A stretch of 24,953 nucleotides of DNA from a virus (IMGVR_UViG_3300038829_000044:1-24953), one strand, 5' to 3'. Numbered from the stretch's first letter, positions 14,057 to 23,468 are shown. Translations and numbers: made by a program. The notes: generated by a model from the letters alone, not told the origin.

Positions 14057-15662
14057 CGACTTGCGCCGCCAGATCGCCCGGCTCATCCTGCCTCAGGCCA
14101 AGCGCGCCACAGCCCAACGCATGTATGCCGTCGGCCGTGCAGGCCGCACCACCAGCGGATGGGGCACCTCGACCACCAGCGAAGACAACGAACTCTCGAC
14201 CAGCCTCATCACCGCGCGCAACCGCTCCAGGGCCCTGGTCCGCGATGCGGCCTATGCCAAGCGGGCGAAAGTCATTATTCAGAACAACATCATCGGCTCC
14301 GGCATCGGCATGCAGGCCAAGGTCAAGACGACCCGCGGCGGGTTCAACGATCTTGTCAACGACGATATCGAAACCATCTGGGAAGACTGGTGTCAGGCAG
14401 GTTCCTGTCATATGGGCCGCTCGCTGCACTTCGCCGATCTGGAGCGCCAGCTCGTGGGCCAGGTCTTCGAAACCGGAGAAATCTTCGTCCGTCTGCATTT
14501 CGTGAAGTTGCCCGATTCATCGGTGCCTCTGGCGCTGGAGATCATCGAGCCTGAACGCGTGGCGGAGCAATTTCAGCCCTCGCCCGGTCTCTCCACGGCC
14601 ACGGTCCGTCTCGGCGTCGAAATCAACGAATTCGGCGCACCGGTCGCCTATTGGTTCCGCACCATCCACCCCGGCGATCTCTCGCTCCGTCCGCAGACGA
14701 CCGATCGGCTTGAGCGGGTGCCAGGGGAACTCATTCAACATCTGCGCATCATCGATCGATGGCCGCAGACTCGCGCCATTCCCTGGATGCATGCCGCAGC
14801 GCGCAAGCTCAACGATATGGACGGGCTCACCGAAGCGGAAATCACGGCCGCCCGCGCCGCAGCCTGTTACATGGGCATCATCGAAACGCCCGCCGGGGAT
14901 CCGAGTTTCGGCGATGAGCAGGAGGACGGATCCCTGCAAATCGAACTGGAGCCCGCCGTGGTGCAGCGTCTCGCCGCCGGGGAGAAGTTCAACAGCTTCA
15001 GTCCGAATCGTCCCAATACGCAGATCGATCCCTTCATGCGGATGATGCTGCGCGAAGTCGCCGCCGGCGTGGGCTGCAGTTACGAAAGCCTCTCGCGAGA
15101 TTATTCGCAGAGCAACTATTCCAGCAGCCGCCTCGCGCTGCTCGACGATCGCGACCTCTGGCGCGTCCTGCAGCTCTGGTTTATCCGGTCCTTCCGGAAG
15201 AACCTGCACAAGATCTGGCTGCAGCAGGCCGTGTTGGCCGGCGCGCTCTCGACGATCCGCATCCAGGAATATGGCGCGAACCCGAAGAAGTTCGAAGCCG
15301 CCTGCTTCAAGCCGCGTGGCTGGAATTGGGTCGATCCCACGAAGGAAGTCAACGCGGCGAAGGACGCGGTGCGCTGCGGGTTCATGACCGTCTCGGACGT
15401 CATTGCGCAGACGGGCAACGGCCGCGATCTGGAGGAAGTGCTCGACGAACGATCTCGGGAGCTCCAGCAAATGGCCGAGGCCGGGCTGCAATTCGATACC
15501 GATCCGGTCGTGCCATCCGCCGCGAAAGCACCGGCGCAAGAGCCAGCAGATCCGTCACGGCCTGCAGATCCTGGGGAGAGCGAGTCAGCCGATGAGGGAG
15601 CGGATCCCACCGTGCAGCAGGCTGAAAAAATGTTGAAGGGCGCAGGGAGGACACATGCCTAA
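14049..15662 (+). CDS. Portal protein, lambda family, 537 aa
   Basis: R.RSR.LVR, IGSGI, GVE..EFG.PVAYW, Q.R.IPW, YE.LS.DYS..NYSS.R, WVDP.KE. Confidence 0.95.
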   Translation: MFDDLRRQIARLILPQAKRATAQRMYAVGRAGRTTSGWGTSTTSEDNELSTSLITARNRSRALVRDAAYAKRAKVIIQNNIIGSGIGMQAKVKTTRGGFNDLVNDDIETIWEDWCQAGSCHMGRSLHFADLERQLVGQVFETGEIFVRLHFVKLPDSSVPLALEIIEPERVAEQFQPSPGLSTATVRLGVEINEFGAPVAYWFRTIHPGDLSLRPQTTDRLERVPGELIQHLRIIDRWPQTRAIPWMHAAARKLNDMDGLTEAEITAARAAACYMGIIETPAGDPSFGDEQEDGSLQIELEPAVVQRLAAGEKFNSFSPNRPNTQIDPFMRMMLREVAAGVGCSYESLSRDYSQSNYSSSRLALLDDRDLWRVLQLWFIRSFRKNLHKIWLQQAVLAGALSTIRIQEYGANPKKFEAACFKPRGWNWVDPTKEVNAAKDAVRCGFMTVSDVIAQTGNGRDLEEVLDERSRELQQMAEAGLQFDTDPVVPSAAKAPAQEPADPSRPADPGESESADEGADPTVQQAEKMLKGAGRTHA

Positions 15663-17529
15663 CGTCGTCGAAGAAACCATCAAACAAAAGGGCCTGCTCC
15701 GACGCATGGTCCAGGCCGGCACGATTCTGGTGGCGCGCCAGGCCGAGCAGGACGTCCTGACGTTTCCCGCCTCATCCGAAGAGCCATGCGATCGCTGGTA
15801 CGGCAGTGAAGTGCTCTCGCATGAATCAGGCGCCGTGCGGCTTGATCGGGCGAAGTCTGGCGCGATGCCGCTGCTCTTCAATCATAACGTGGATGACCCC
15901 ATCGGCATGATCACGGGCGCGCGGGTCGAGAAGAACCGACTCATGGTCGATGCCGTGCTGTTTGCGACGGCGCGCGCCGCGGAAGTGAAAGCGATGATGG
16001 ACGGCGGCCTCCGCAACGTCTCCATCGCGTACCGCATCAACGTGATCGAGGAAAACACGAAGACTGAAACTTACACCATCACCGATTGGGAGCCCTACGA
16101 GGTTTCGATCGTGACGGTGCCTGCCGATGCGACCGTCGGCATTGGACGGAGTGAGATGGAGTACGACGTGCGAATGATTCGGGCCTCAACACCGGCGCCC
16201 TGCGCCCAACCAAAGGAGAAGGGTATGACAGACGAAGAGAAAGCCGCTCAGGCGACCGCTGAGGCGGCCAAGCGGAACGGGATCGGCGCCGTGGAGGCCG
16301 AGAAGGAACGCCGTCAGGCGATCATCAATCTGTGTAAGTCCAATCGCATCGACTCCCGCGTCGAAGCGCGCTGGATCGAGGACGGGACGCCTCTCACGGC
16401 GATCGCCGGCGAGATCCTCAACGTCATGGAAGAGCGCGGACGTCAGAATCCCGTGGCCGCATCGGCGGTCGGGATGTCGAAGAAAGAGGCGGGGCAATAC
16501 AGCATTTTCCGCGCGATTCGCGCCCTCAAGTTCGGCGCCGCCAATCCCAAGCTCATGGAAGAGGCGGGCTTCGAGATCGAATGTTCGCGGACCGTGGCGA
16601 AGAATCTCGGTCGCGAGTTGACCTCAAGCATTCTGGTGCCCGGCGAAGTGCTGACGCGCCCGCTTGGTGCCGAGGCCGCACAGCGCGCCATGGCGACACA
16701 GCCTGGCTCCAAGGGCGGCTATATGGTCAACGTCGAGAACATGGGGTTCATCGACATCTTGCGCAACCGATCCGTGGCCATGGCCATGGGCGCGCGGAAT
16801 CTCTCCGGCCTGATCGGGAATGTCACCTTTGCCCGCCAGACCGGCAAGGCGTCCGTGACCTGGCAAGGCGGGGACGGCACCAGCATCACCGCCAGCGATC
16901 AAGCGCTGGGCCAATTGTCGATGACGCCGAAGACGGCCATCGCCATCACCGACGTGTCGGAGCAGATGCTCCGGCAGAGCACGCCGTCGGCGGAACAGTT
17001 TGTGATGGCCGACCTCGCGGCGGATATCGCGATCGATGGCGTCGACAATGCCGTCATCAACGGCGCCGGCGGCGCACAGCCGCTCGGGATCAAGAACACG
17101 ACCGGCATCACGTCCGGCCAGGATTCCGCCACCGCCACCTACGCCAAGATTCTGGCCTTCGTCTCGACGGCTGGGGGGGCCAATGCCATTCGTGGCAATC
17201 CTGGGTTTGTGACGAATACGGCGGGCGCGGCCGTGCTCATGCAGCGGCAACGCTTCACCAGTACTGATACGCCGCTCTGGGTTGGCAACATGCTTGACGG
17301 CGCCTGTGTCGGCTTCAGCGCCATGTCAAGCGAGCAGTTGGCATCCGGGAATCTGATTTTCGGATCGTGGAACGAAGTCGTCATCGGCGACTGGGGCGTC
17401 CTCGAGCTGGCCATGGACAATGGCGGCACCCGGTTCAACCAGGCGCAAGTCGGCATCCGAGCCATGTGGATGGTGGATGTGTTGGTCCGCTATCCGCAAG
17501 CCTTCGTGTTGTCCACGAACCTGTCCTAA
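15655..17529 (+). CDS. Fused HK97-type prohead protease and major capsid protein, 624 aa
   Basis: Protease motifs PLLFNH, RNVSI.Y, W.PYEVSIV.VPAD..VG; capsid motifs GGY.V, P.GI.N, FG.W.....G.WG.LE and D...R.PQAF. Confidence 0.93.
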   Translation: MPNVVEETIKQKGLLRRMVQAGTILVARQAEQDVLTFPASSEEPCDRWYGSEVLSHESGAVRLDRAKSGAMPLLFNHNVDDPIGMITGARVEKNRLMVDAVLFATARAAEVKAMMDGGLRNVSIAYRINVIEENTKTETYTITDWEPYEVSIVTVPADATVGIGRSEMEYDVRMIRASTPAPCAQPKEKGMTDEEKAAQATAEAAKRNGIGAVEAEKERRQAIINLCKSNRIDSRVEARWIEDGTPLTAIAGEILNVMEERGRQNPVAASAVGMSKKEAGQYSIFRAIRALKFGAANPKLMEEAGFEIECSRTVAKNLGRELTSSILVPGEVLTRPLGAEAAQRAMATQPGSKGGYMVNVENMGFIDILRNRSVAMAMGARNLSGLIGNVTFARQTGKASVTWQGGDGTSITASDQALGQLSMTPKTAIAITDVSEQMLRQSTPSAEQFVMADLAADIAIDGVDNAVINGAGGAQPLGIKNTTGITSGQDSATATYAKILAFVSTAGGANAIRGNPGFVTNTAGAAVLMQRQRFTSTDTPLWVGNMLDGACVGFSAMSSEQLASGNLIFGSWNEVVIGDWGVLELAMDNGGTRFNQAQVGIRAMWMVDVLVRYPQAFVLSTNLS

Positions 17530-17552
17530 GGCGGGAAGGATCGGGAACGGCC

Positions 17553-17834
17553 ATGAAGATCAAAGCACGACGCGGTGTCTGCATCGGGGTCGACCGGCAC
17601 CTGCAAGCCGGCGACCTCGCAGACCTGGATGCGTCCCAGGTCACATTCCTCGCCGGGATCGGGGCCGTGGAGATTGTGCCGGAGGTGCCGGCGCCCACGA
17701 TCGTCCTGGAGGAGGCTGAACTCAAGACGGTCGGGGAGGGCAAGGAGACGCCTGCCTCCAAGGAACCGGAACAGAAATCTATCGAGCTGGACGCGGTGCC
17801 CACGCAGGGGACGTCCAGGAAAAAGGAGAAGTAA
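17553..17834 (+). CDS. Small post-capsid protein, 93 aa
   Basis: Short folded N-terminus with a charged tail; typical position after the capsid gene. Confidence 0.7.
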   Translation: MKIKARRGVCIGVDRHLQAGDLADLDASQVTFLAGIGAVEIVPEVPAPTIVLEEAELKTVGEGKETPASKEPEQKSIELDAVPTQGTSRKKEK

Positions 17835-17837
17835 TCC

Positions 17838-18221
17838 ATGATGCACTCTCAAGCCTCTGCCGCCACGATGACCTCGCTCATCGATGCCGTCTCCGCCGCC
17901 AATACCGCCGCCGCCACGAGCGGCAGTGGCAAGTGGCTGGACGTGCGGCCCTATGACGGTGAAATCCTCGTCGTGCAACAGGTCGGCGCGGTCACCGGCT
18001 CGATCACCGGCAAGTTGCAGTCCGCGTCCGATGCCAACGGCACCGGCGCGGCCGACATCACGAGCGCGACCTTCACGGCCGTCAGTTCCGCCAATAACAC
18101 ACAGACGTATGCGCTCGATCCCAAGAAGGTGACCGGCGGATTCCTGGGGTACGTCGGCACGATTGTGACCGGGCCTGCGCTGGTCAGCGTGTCGGCCGGC
18201 GGGAAAAAGAAGATCGTTTAA
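17838..18221 (+). CDS. Putative capsid decoration/cement protein, 127 aa
   Basis: AAGGAG RBS; A/T/G/S-rich beta protein (D...Y.G, KLQ.A.D..G....DI) downstream of the capsid gene. Confidence 0.6.
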   Translation: MMHSQASAATMTSLIDAVSAANTAAATSGSGKWLDVRPYDGEILVVQQVGAVTGSITGKLQSASDANGTGAADITSATFTAVSSANNTQTYALDPKKVTGGFLGYVGTIVTGPALVSVSAGGKKKIV

Positions 18222-18240
18222 GAGACGAAGTGGTGGTCTG

Positions 18241-18266
18241 GACGCGGGCCCAAGGGGGCCTGCGTC
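18241..18266 (+). terminator. GC-rich hairpin after the head genes (no U-tract)
   Basis: GACGCGGGCCC-AAGG-GGGCCTGCGTC, an 11-bp stem with one G-U pair. Confidence 0.45.
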
Positions 18267-18288
18267 ACATCTGATCTGGAGAGCGCGC

Positions 18289-18636
18289 ATGAGCTCCGAT
18301 TCCGTGAATCTGGTCGCACAGTTGGGCGGGGAACTCGTCACCTATACGCCCTACGGCGGGGTGGCGAGGACGTTCAAGGCGCTGGTCGAGCGGCGGCCCA
18401 CACAAGTACAGGGAGCCGGGGGCTTTCAGTATGGGGCCAACACGATCGAGCTGCAGATTCCCAACGATGCAACCGACGGCGTCACGGCCGTGCAGGAGCG
18501 CAAGGATAAAGTGTCGTTCAAGAAGAGCCTGAAAGATGCCCAGGTCACGGAGTTTTCGGTGAACAAGCTGATCCATGAGGACGCGGGGCTCGTCGCCAGC
18601 GATGGCGGGATGTTCCACGTCATGGTGCAGGCCTAA
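18289..18636 (+). CDS. Head-tail joining protein (gpFII-like), 115 aa
   Basis: Position and size; G..VTYTP..G..RT..A.V.R pattern. Confidence 0.7.
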   Translation: MSSDSVNLVAQLGGELVTYTPYGGVARTFKALVERRPTQVQGAGGFQYGANTIELQIPNDATDGVTAVQERKDKVSFKKSLKDAQVTEFSVNKLIHEDAGLVASDGGMFHVMVQA

Positions 18637-19208
18637 TGCCGACAGACGCCGTCATTGCGACCACGGTGAACTTCACGGAGCTGCAACAGGCCTTCGCCGA
18701 TGCGCCGGTTGAGACCGCGCGCTGGGTCAAAACGCCGCTCTTTCGCTTTGCGCGGCGGGTGCGCCGGCGAGCGATTCAGCAAATGACGGGCAGAAAAGGT
18801 GAGGGGCCGCTCGCAAAGGGGGCTGGTGAGGCGCTGTTCGGAGGGCAGTTCAAGCGAGGTAATCACGTTCAAGGGATTCAGGTGGGTAATTCGCTCGGCG
18901 GAATGCGGTCCGTGAATCGCGTCTCGCGCATTCTGCGCACCCATATTGAGGGTGTCACGATCACCCCGAAAAGTGGCGGGTTTCTCTTCCTCGGCCGGAA
19001 GTCCGGCAAGGCGGGCACGGGGGCCGTGTTCGCCCGAGTGAAGTCCGTGACGATTCCCGCGCGGGTCAAGTTTGAAGAGCCCTGGCGGCAGGAAATTCCG
19101 AAGGCGACCGAGCAGATCGGCGACGCCATGCACCGGGCGATGGGCGCCGCGCTCGATCGACGCATGAAGGCGATCGGGTCGGCCGTCTCGCGGGTGACGA
19201 GTCTCTGA
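18636..19208 (+). CDS. Neck/tail-completion protein (gpZ or HK97 gp10-like), 190 aa
   Basis: Basic protein between the joining and terminator genes; ITPK...L and KSVTIPAR motifs. Confidence 0.6.
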   Translation: MPTDAVIATTVNFTELQQAFADAPVETARWVKTPLFRFARRVRRRAIQQMTGRKGEGPLAKGAGEALFGGQFKRGNHVQGIQVGNSLGGMRSVNRVSRILRTHIEGVTITPKSGGFLFLGRKSGKAGTGAVFARVKSVTIPARVKFEEPWRQEIPKATEQIGDAMHRAMGAALDRRMKAIGSAVSRVTSL

Positions 19209-19209
19209 C

Positions 19210-19686
19210 ATGGCTGATTCTGTTCGAGAACTGATTATGAAGCATATCAAAACCACGCTGGAAGGGATCACCGTCGCGCTGGGCTACAGCAATACGCTGA
19301 ACGCGGTGGAGCGGGTCCTGCAGCGGGGGCAATCCAGTCAGCCGCCCATGGCCTATGTGCTGGAAGGGGACGACGATTCAAATCAGGGGCCGATCTTCGG
19401 GGCCGACAGCCTGCTCTCGCGCACGCTCAACGTCGGGGTGGTGCTGGTGGTGCAGCAGGACGAAGACACCGATGCCCGCTCGGCGTCTGAAGCGATGAAC
19501 AGCCTGATTGCCGATGTGCAGACGGCGATGCAGGTGGATTATTCACGCGGGGGCCGCGCCGTCAACACGGAAGAGCTGAGCATCAGCCCGGTGCAGATCG
19601 AGGAGGGCCAGCCGATCCTGTCGGCGACGGTGGCCTACCGCATTACCTATCGGCATCGCCGAACCGATCCGACCATCTCCGGGTAA
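19210..19686 (+). CDS. Tail terminator (gpU-like), 158 aa
   Basis: S.RE.I...I...L..IT...GY start; acidic; precedes the tail tube gene. Confidence 0.7.
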   Translation: MADSVRELIMKHIKTTLEGITVALGYSNTLNAVERVLQRGQSSQPPMAYVLEGDDDSNQGPIFGADSLLSRTLNVGVVLVVQQDEDTDARSASEAMNSLIADVQTAMQVDYSRGGRAVNTEELSISPVQIEEGQPILSATVAYRITYRHRRTDPTISG

Positions 19687-19696
19687 GGGGAACCAC

Positions 19697-19867
19697 ATGA
19701 AAGTGCAATTGACCTGTGAGTACCAAAACGACAAGGGCCAGACCGTCGGGAAATACCACGACATACTGGAGTCGCCGCGGGACGCCTCCGCCGACGAACT
19801 GAAGCGCCTGGTGGCATCTGGCAGTGCGACTGAAGTGGAACCGCCGAAGAAATCCGAACGAGACTAA
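19697..19867 (+). CDS. Small hypothetical protein, 56 aa (below the ORF-track cutoff)
   Basis: AAGGGG RBS; MKVQLTCEYQNDKGQTVGKYHDILESP...; fills the intergenic gap. Confidence 0.65.
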   Translation: MKVQLTCEYQNDKGQTVGKYHDILESPRDASADELKRLVASGSATEVEPPKKSERD

Positions 19868-19900
19868 GCCTCGCGCGTAGGCGCAGAAGGAGACGACACG

Positions 19901-20851
19901 ATGGGACGCATCCTCACCAATCGCCAGGTGCTCGGAGCGAAGATTGAAGCGGTGGAAGGTACCGCCGAAACATTGGCCGGGTCCGACTGCAATGTGCAGC
20001 TGTTGGAGCCTGCCAAATTCGAGCCGAACATCGCCATGTTCGCGCGCAATCTCCTCGGTACCTCGCTCTCCGCGATCAAGATGATTCCCGGCACCCTCCT
20101 GGCCCAGATCAGTTGCAAAGTCGAAGCGAAAGGATCAGGCACGGCCGGCACCGCGCCGGCACTCGGCAAGCTGAATAAAGCCTGCGGGCTCGGCGAGACC
20201 GTCGTCGCCGTGACCAGCGTCACCTATGCGCCGGTGTCCGCCCTCGCCAGCATTCCCACGCTCACGATGGCCGTCTATGTCGACGGCGTCCTGGAGCAGA
20301 TCCGCGGCGCGAGAGGCACGCGGAAATATATGGGCAAGAACGGCGAGCCCGGCGTCTACGAGTATACGTTCATCGGGATTTATGACGCGGTCACCGATGT
20401 CGCGCTCCCGACGCCGTCCGGCGTCGAAACGACCCAGCCGGTGGCGCTCCTCACCGCCGCGTTCAGTGTCGCCAGCTTTTCGGCCTTCATCTCGCAGATC
20501 GCCGTGGATCTGGGGAATCAGCTGCAGCTGCGGCCCGACATGAATAAAGCCGAGGGCTATATCAGCACGTTGCTGACGAAGCGCAATGTCACCGGCAGCT
20601 TCGATCCCGAGATGGAGCTCGTCGCCACGCACGATTTCTACGGCAGATGGCTCGCCGGGACGACCGGCGTGCTCACCTGGAAGCACTCCAGATCTGTCGC
20701 CGGAAACATCCTCACGATCAGTGCGCCGGTCTGCCAATACACGAAGTTGTCGCCAACAGACCGGAACGGCATCGCCACGCTTGGCGCCGACTTCCTGCTC
20801 GCGCGCAGCTCCGCCGCCGGCGATGACGAACTATCAGAAGTGTGGACCTAG
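19901..20851 (+). CDS. Major tail tube protein, 316 aa
   Basis: AAGGAG RBS; AKIE..EG, GSGTAGTAP....L.KACG, GARG, D.GN, R..TGS and DEL motifs. Confidence 0.85.
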   Translation: MGRILTNRQVLGAKIEAVEGTAETLAGSDCNVQLLEPAKFEPNIAMFARNLLGTSLSAIKMIPGTLLAQISCKVEAKGSGTAGTAPALGKLNKACGLGETVVAVTSVTYAPVSALASIPTLTMAVYVDGVLEQIRGARGTRKYMGKNGEPGVYEYTFIGIYDAVTDVALPTPSGVETTQPVALLTAAFSVASFSAFISQIAVDLGNQLQLRPDMNKAEGYISTLLTKRNVTGSFDPEMELVATHDFYGRWLAGTTGVLTWKHSRSVAGNILTISAPVCQYTKLSPTDRNGIATLGADFLLARSSAAGDDELSEVWT

Positions 20852-20863
20852 AAGGAGTTGCAG

Positions 20864-21466
20864 ATGAATCAACCGACTCAAGACCCAGGACTCAGCACCC
20901 AGGACTCAGCACTCAGCACAACTCCGACGACCTATCCGATCGGCGGCATGACCTATCGCCTCGAACCGGCCAGCTTCGCGCAGCATGAATGGCTGGCGGA
21001 GGGGCCACTCAAGGGCCTGGACTTCAGCGCGGGGATCACCGACGTCGATCTCGAGCCGATCATCCAGCGCCACGGGACCGAGATCCTCGGCATCGTGTTG
21101 CTCGCCGAGGGTCAAACGCGCGAACAGAAAGCCGAAACCGGGCTCGCTGACGCACAGGCCTTGGCGGCGCGATTGAAGCGCCAGATGACCCCGTCGGAGG
21201 TGCGGGACATCGCCCACGCTTTTTTTACGGTCGATGGTTTTCAGAACTTGTGGTTCTTCATCGATTTTCCGGCCTTGACGGCGCGTGTGACGGCGGAGCG
21301 TATCGCGACGGCCTCGGCTGTTGCCTCACGCTCCTTACCGATGGCGACCGCACTAAGCGACACGCCATCAGGCGGAGCTGCGGCCCAGGCGACAGCGAGC
21401 GAGACCTCCAGCGCGGCGCCGAACGGCGAGCCTTCGAGCGTGCCGTCCTTGGCTTCTGCGGGGTAA
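20864..21466 (+). CDS. Tail assembly chaperone (gpG-like), 200 aa
   Basis: AAGGAG RBS at 20852; directly after the tail tube; contains an in-frame slippery heptamer. Confidence 0.7.
   Translation: MNQPTQDPGLSTQDSALSTTPTTYPIGGMTYRLEPASFAQHEWLAEGPLKGLDFSAGITDVDLEPIIQRHGTEILGIVLLAEGQTREQKAETGLADAQALAARLKRQMTPSEVRDIAHAFFTVDGFQNLWFFIDFPALTARVTAERIATASAVASRSLPMATALSDTPSGGAAAQATASETSSAAPNGEPSSVPSLASAG
20876..20917 (+). repeat. Six tandem 7-bp repeats within the chaperone 5' end
   Basis: ACTCAAG ACCCAGG ACTCAGC ACCCAGG ACTCAGC ACTCAGC. Confidence 0.85.
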
Positions 21467-21618
21467 CGCTACCCTGGCTGGCGGCCAAGGGGAGCGGCGC
21501 GAAGGCCGCGCCAAAGAACCAGGCGGTCGGCCAGTTTTGCGGGGGCAGTTGTATTCAGGAATGCACGAAGACCTTTGGTGACGGCTTGGCGCACGCCTGC
21601 CGGACCTGTCCGAATTAA
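21220..21618 (+). CDS. -1 frameshift extension of the tail chaperone (gpGT-like, about 251 aa in total)
   Basis: GC[T TTT TTT]ACG at 21220-21226; the -1 frame is open to TAA 21616-21618; LLTDGDRTKR..I motif and a Cys-rich end. Confidence 0.75.
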   Translation, partial: FFYGRWFSELVVLHRFSGLDGACDGGAYRDGLGCCLTLLTDGDRTKRHAIRRSCGPGDSERDLQRGAERRAFERAVLGFCGVTLPWLAAKGSGAKAAPKNQAVGQFCGGSCIQECTKTFGDGLAHACRTCPN

Positions 21619-21633
21619 GGCGAGGGATCTTGG

Positions 21634-22050
21634 ATGCCTGTCATAGCGGAAAACCGGACGATTTTGCGGGATGTGAACGGCGCGCAACTCATGGTCGCCG
21701 AGCGCACGACGCTGCGTCTGACGGCGACGCTGCTGGACGAGACTAGCGCGGCTATTCCTGCGTCGGCGCTCTCCGCCCTGACGCTCACGCTCTACGTCCG
21801 CGACAGCGCGGCCAAGGAGATCATTAATAACGTGAATGCGGTGAGCGTGCTGAACACCGGGCGCGGCACCGTGCATGCGAGTAGTGGGCTCCTGACGCTC
21901 ACGCTGGACCCATCGGATAACCAGATCATCGATGAGACACAGGACGTGGAATGGCATCGGGCGCTGATCGAGGGCACCTACGCGGCTGGCGCGAAGGCGT
22001 TCAAGTCAGAGATCGAGTTTCCTGTCCGCAATTTGCATGAGGTCAGCTAG
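21634..22050 (+). CDS. Putative virion structural beta-sandwich protein (BppU-like), 138 aa
   Basis: Alternating beta-strand pattern; G.L.LTL.P.D motif; tail module position. Confidence 0.6.
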   Translation: MPVIAENRTILRDVNGAQLMVAERTTLRLTATLLDETSAAIPASALSALTLTLYVRDSAAKEIINNVNAVSVLNTGRGTVHASSGLLTLTLDPSDNQIIDETQDVEWHRALIEGTYAAGAKAFKSEIEFPVRNLHEVS

Positions 22051-22295
22051 TGCGAATCAACTCGACGGCGCTCGTGAATATGGAGACAGCATTCGTCTTT
22101 TCGCCGACGCGGGATTTTTTCTCCGAGGCGTTCGACTCGCACTACTGCCAGGGGCTGCGCTATACGGCGCACGCCGACAATCTCCGGCTGCGGGCGGCGG
22201 TGGTGCAATGGGTGACGGACGGCACCGTGACGCTGCTCCCGGTGGGCGGCGGCACACAACCCGCTCACATGGGCGGCGCAGGAACTATCGCATAA
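22050..22295 (+). CDS. Hypothetical tail-region protein, 81 aa
   Basis: Coupled ORF; DFFS....S.Y..GL.YT pattern. Confidence 0.6.
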   Translation: MRINSTALVNMETAFVFSPTRDFFSEAFDSHYCQGLRYTAHADNLRLRAAVVQWVTDGTVTLLPVGGGTQPAHMGGAGTIA

Positions 22296-22307
22296 GAGGA
22301 GGTTGAT

Positions 22308-22685
22308 ATGTCAGTCACGCATCCCACCGCCGTGCGCAACGGCCTCGCAGATTTTGTGGTCGATCAACTCGATGAGGGCACGCCTCCAGGGACGCTCGTA
22401 TTCCAGACGTCCGGCGACGTCGAGGTCGCGACGCTCACGCTTGGCAATCCGGCATTCGGCGCGGCGGCCAGCGGCACGGCCACGGCCAATGCGATCACCG
22501 CCGACAGCAGCGCGACCGGCGGCACGATCGCCAAGGCCCGGCTCAAGAATGCGGTCGGCACGGACAAAATCATTTGCTCGGTCACGGCCACCGGCGGCGG
22601 CGGCGACATCACGTTGAATAGCGTGGTGGTGTCGGCGGGGCAGCAGGTGACGATGAGCAGCCTGACCTACAGTGCGCCGGCGTGA
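22308..22685 (+). CDS. Small tail fibre/structural protein, 125 aa
   Basis: AAGGAGG RBS; A/T/G-rich; RN..AD, AFGAA.SG, GGGD..L....V.AG..V...S.T. Confidence 0.7.
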   Translation: MSVTHPTAVRNGLADFVVDQLDEGTPPGTLVFQTSGDVEVATLTLGNPAFGAAASGTATANAITADSSATGGTIAKARLKNAVGTDKIICSVTATGGGGDITLNSVVVSAGQQVTMSSLTYSAPA

Positions 22686-22751
22686 GGCGCGATGCCCCGA
22701 GTGGAAGTGTAAGTAAAGCGTGCCAAGGACTCACAACAAGGGAGGTCTTAC

Positions 22752-23366
22752 GTGAACGACATCAGAATCGGAATACTGGCCATGTGCCTTTTGTTGGTGC
22801 TGCTGGTGTTGTGCTTGGGCTTCGTCGGGTCGGCCCAGGCCCAGACGCCGCATTACATCGGCCCGACCTGCACCTTGGCCTGGAACGCCAATCCTGAGAC
22901 GGACCTCGCGGGCTATCGGGCGTTCGCGGTGCAGGGGGCGACACAGGGGCCGGTGGTCACGATCCCGAAAACCTCCACGAGCCATCCGACGAGTACGACC
23001 TGTGCCGCGTTGGGGGTGGCACAGGATGGGCTGTGGACGTTCAATGTCCTCGCGTTTGATCTTGCAGGCAATGTGAGCCATCCCGCGACGATCCAGGGGA
23101 CTCGCGACACCCTCGCACCAGCGATGCCCGGCGGCCTGTCCGTGGGATCGCCGCAACCCATCGCGATGAGCGTGACGCCGAACCCTGCCGCACGCCAGGC
23201 CACCGTGGCCTGGGTGCCGGGCGGCTGTACGAGAGAATTTATCGTGTCGCGTCTTGTGAGTGGCCGGTGGGTGGAGATTGGCCGCACGCACGACACCTGG
23301 CTCGATGTGCCGCTGGTGAACGCGGTGAACCAGCCTTATGGCATCAGCGCAGTCTGTGGAGGATAA
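22752..23366 (+). CDS. Signal-peptide-bearing FN3/Ig-like protein, 204 aa
   Basis: GGGAGG RBS; hydrophobic core plus AQA cleavage motif; TLAWNANPETDLAGY...F.V.AFD.AGN.S. Confidence 0.75.
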   Translation: MNDIRIGILAMCLLLVLLVLCLGFVGSAQAQTPHYIGPTCTLAWNANPETDLAGYRAFAVQGATQGPVVTIPKTSTSHPTSTTCAALGVAQDGLWTFNVLAFDLAGNVSHPATIQGTRDTLAPAMPGGLSVGSPQPIAMSVTPNPAARQATVAWVPGGCTREFIVSRLVSGRWVEIGRTHDTWLDVPLVNAVNQPYGISAVCGG

Positions 23367-23468
23367 GTGGCGGACCGCTGTTCTCGCGCGGAGGCTGGAC
23401 GACCTACGCGGCAGTTTCAGTGTGAATGGATGAGGCGGTTGGATCGAACGTGGGAGGCGTGTCGATAG

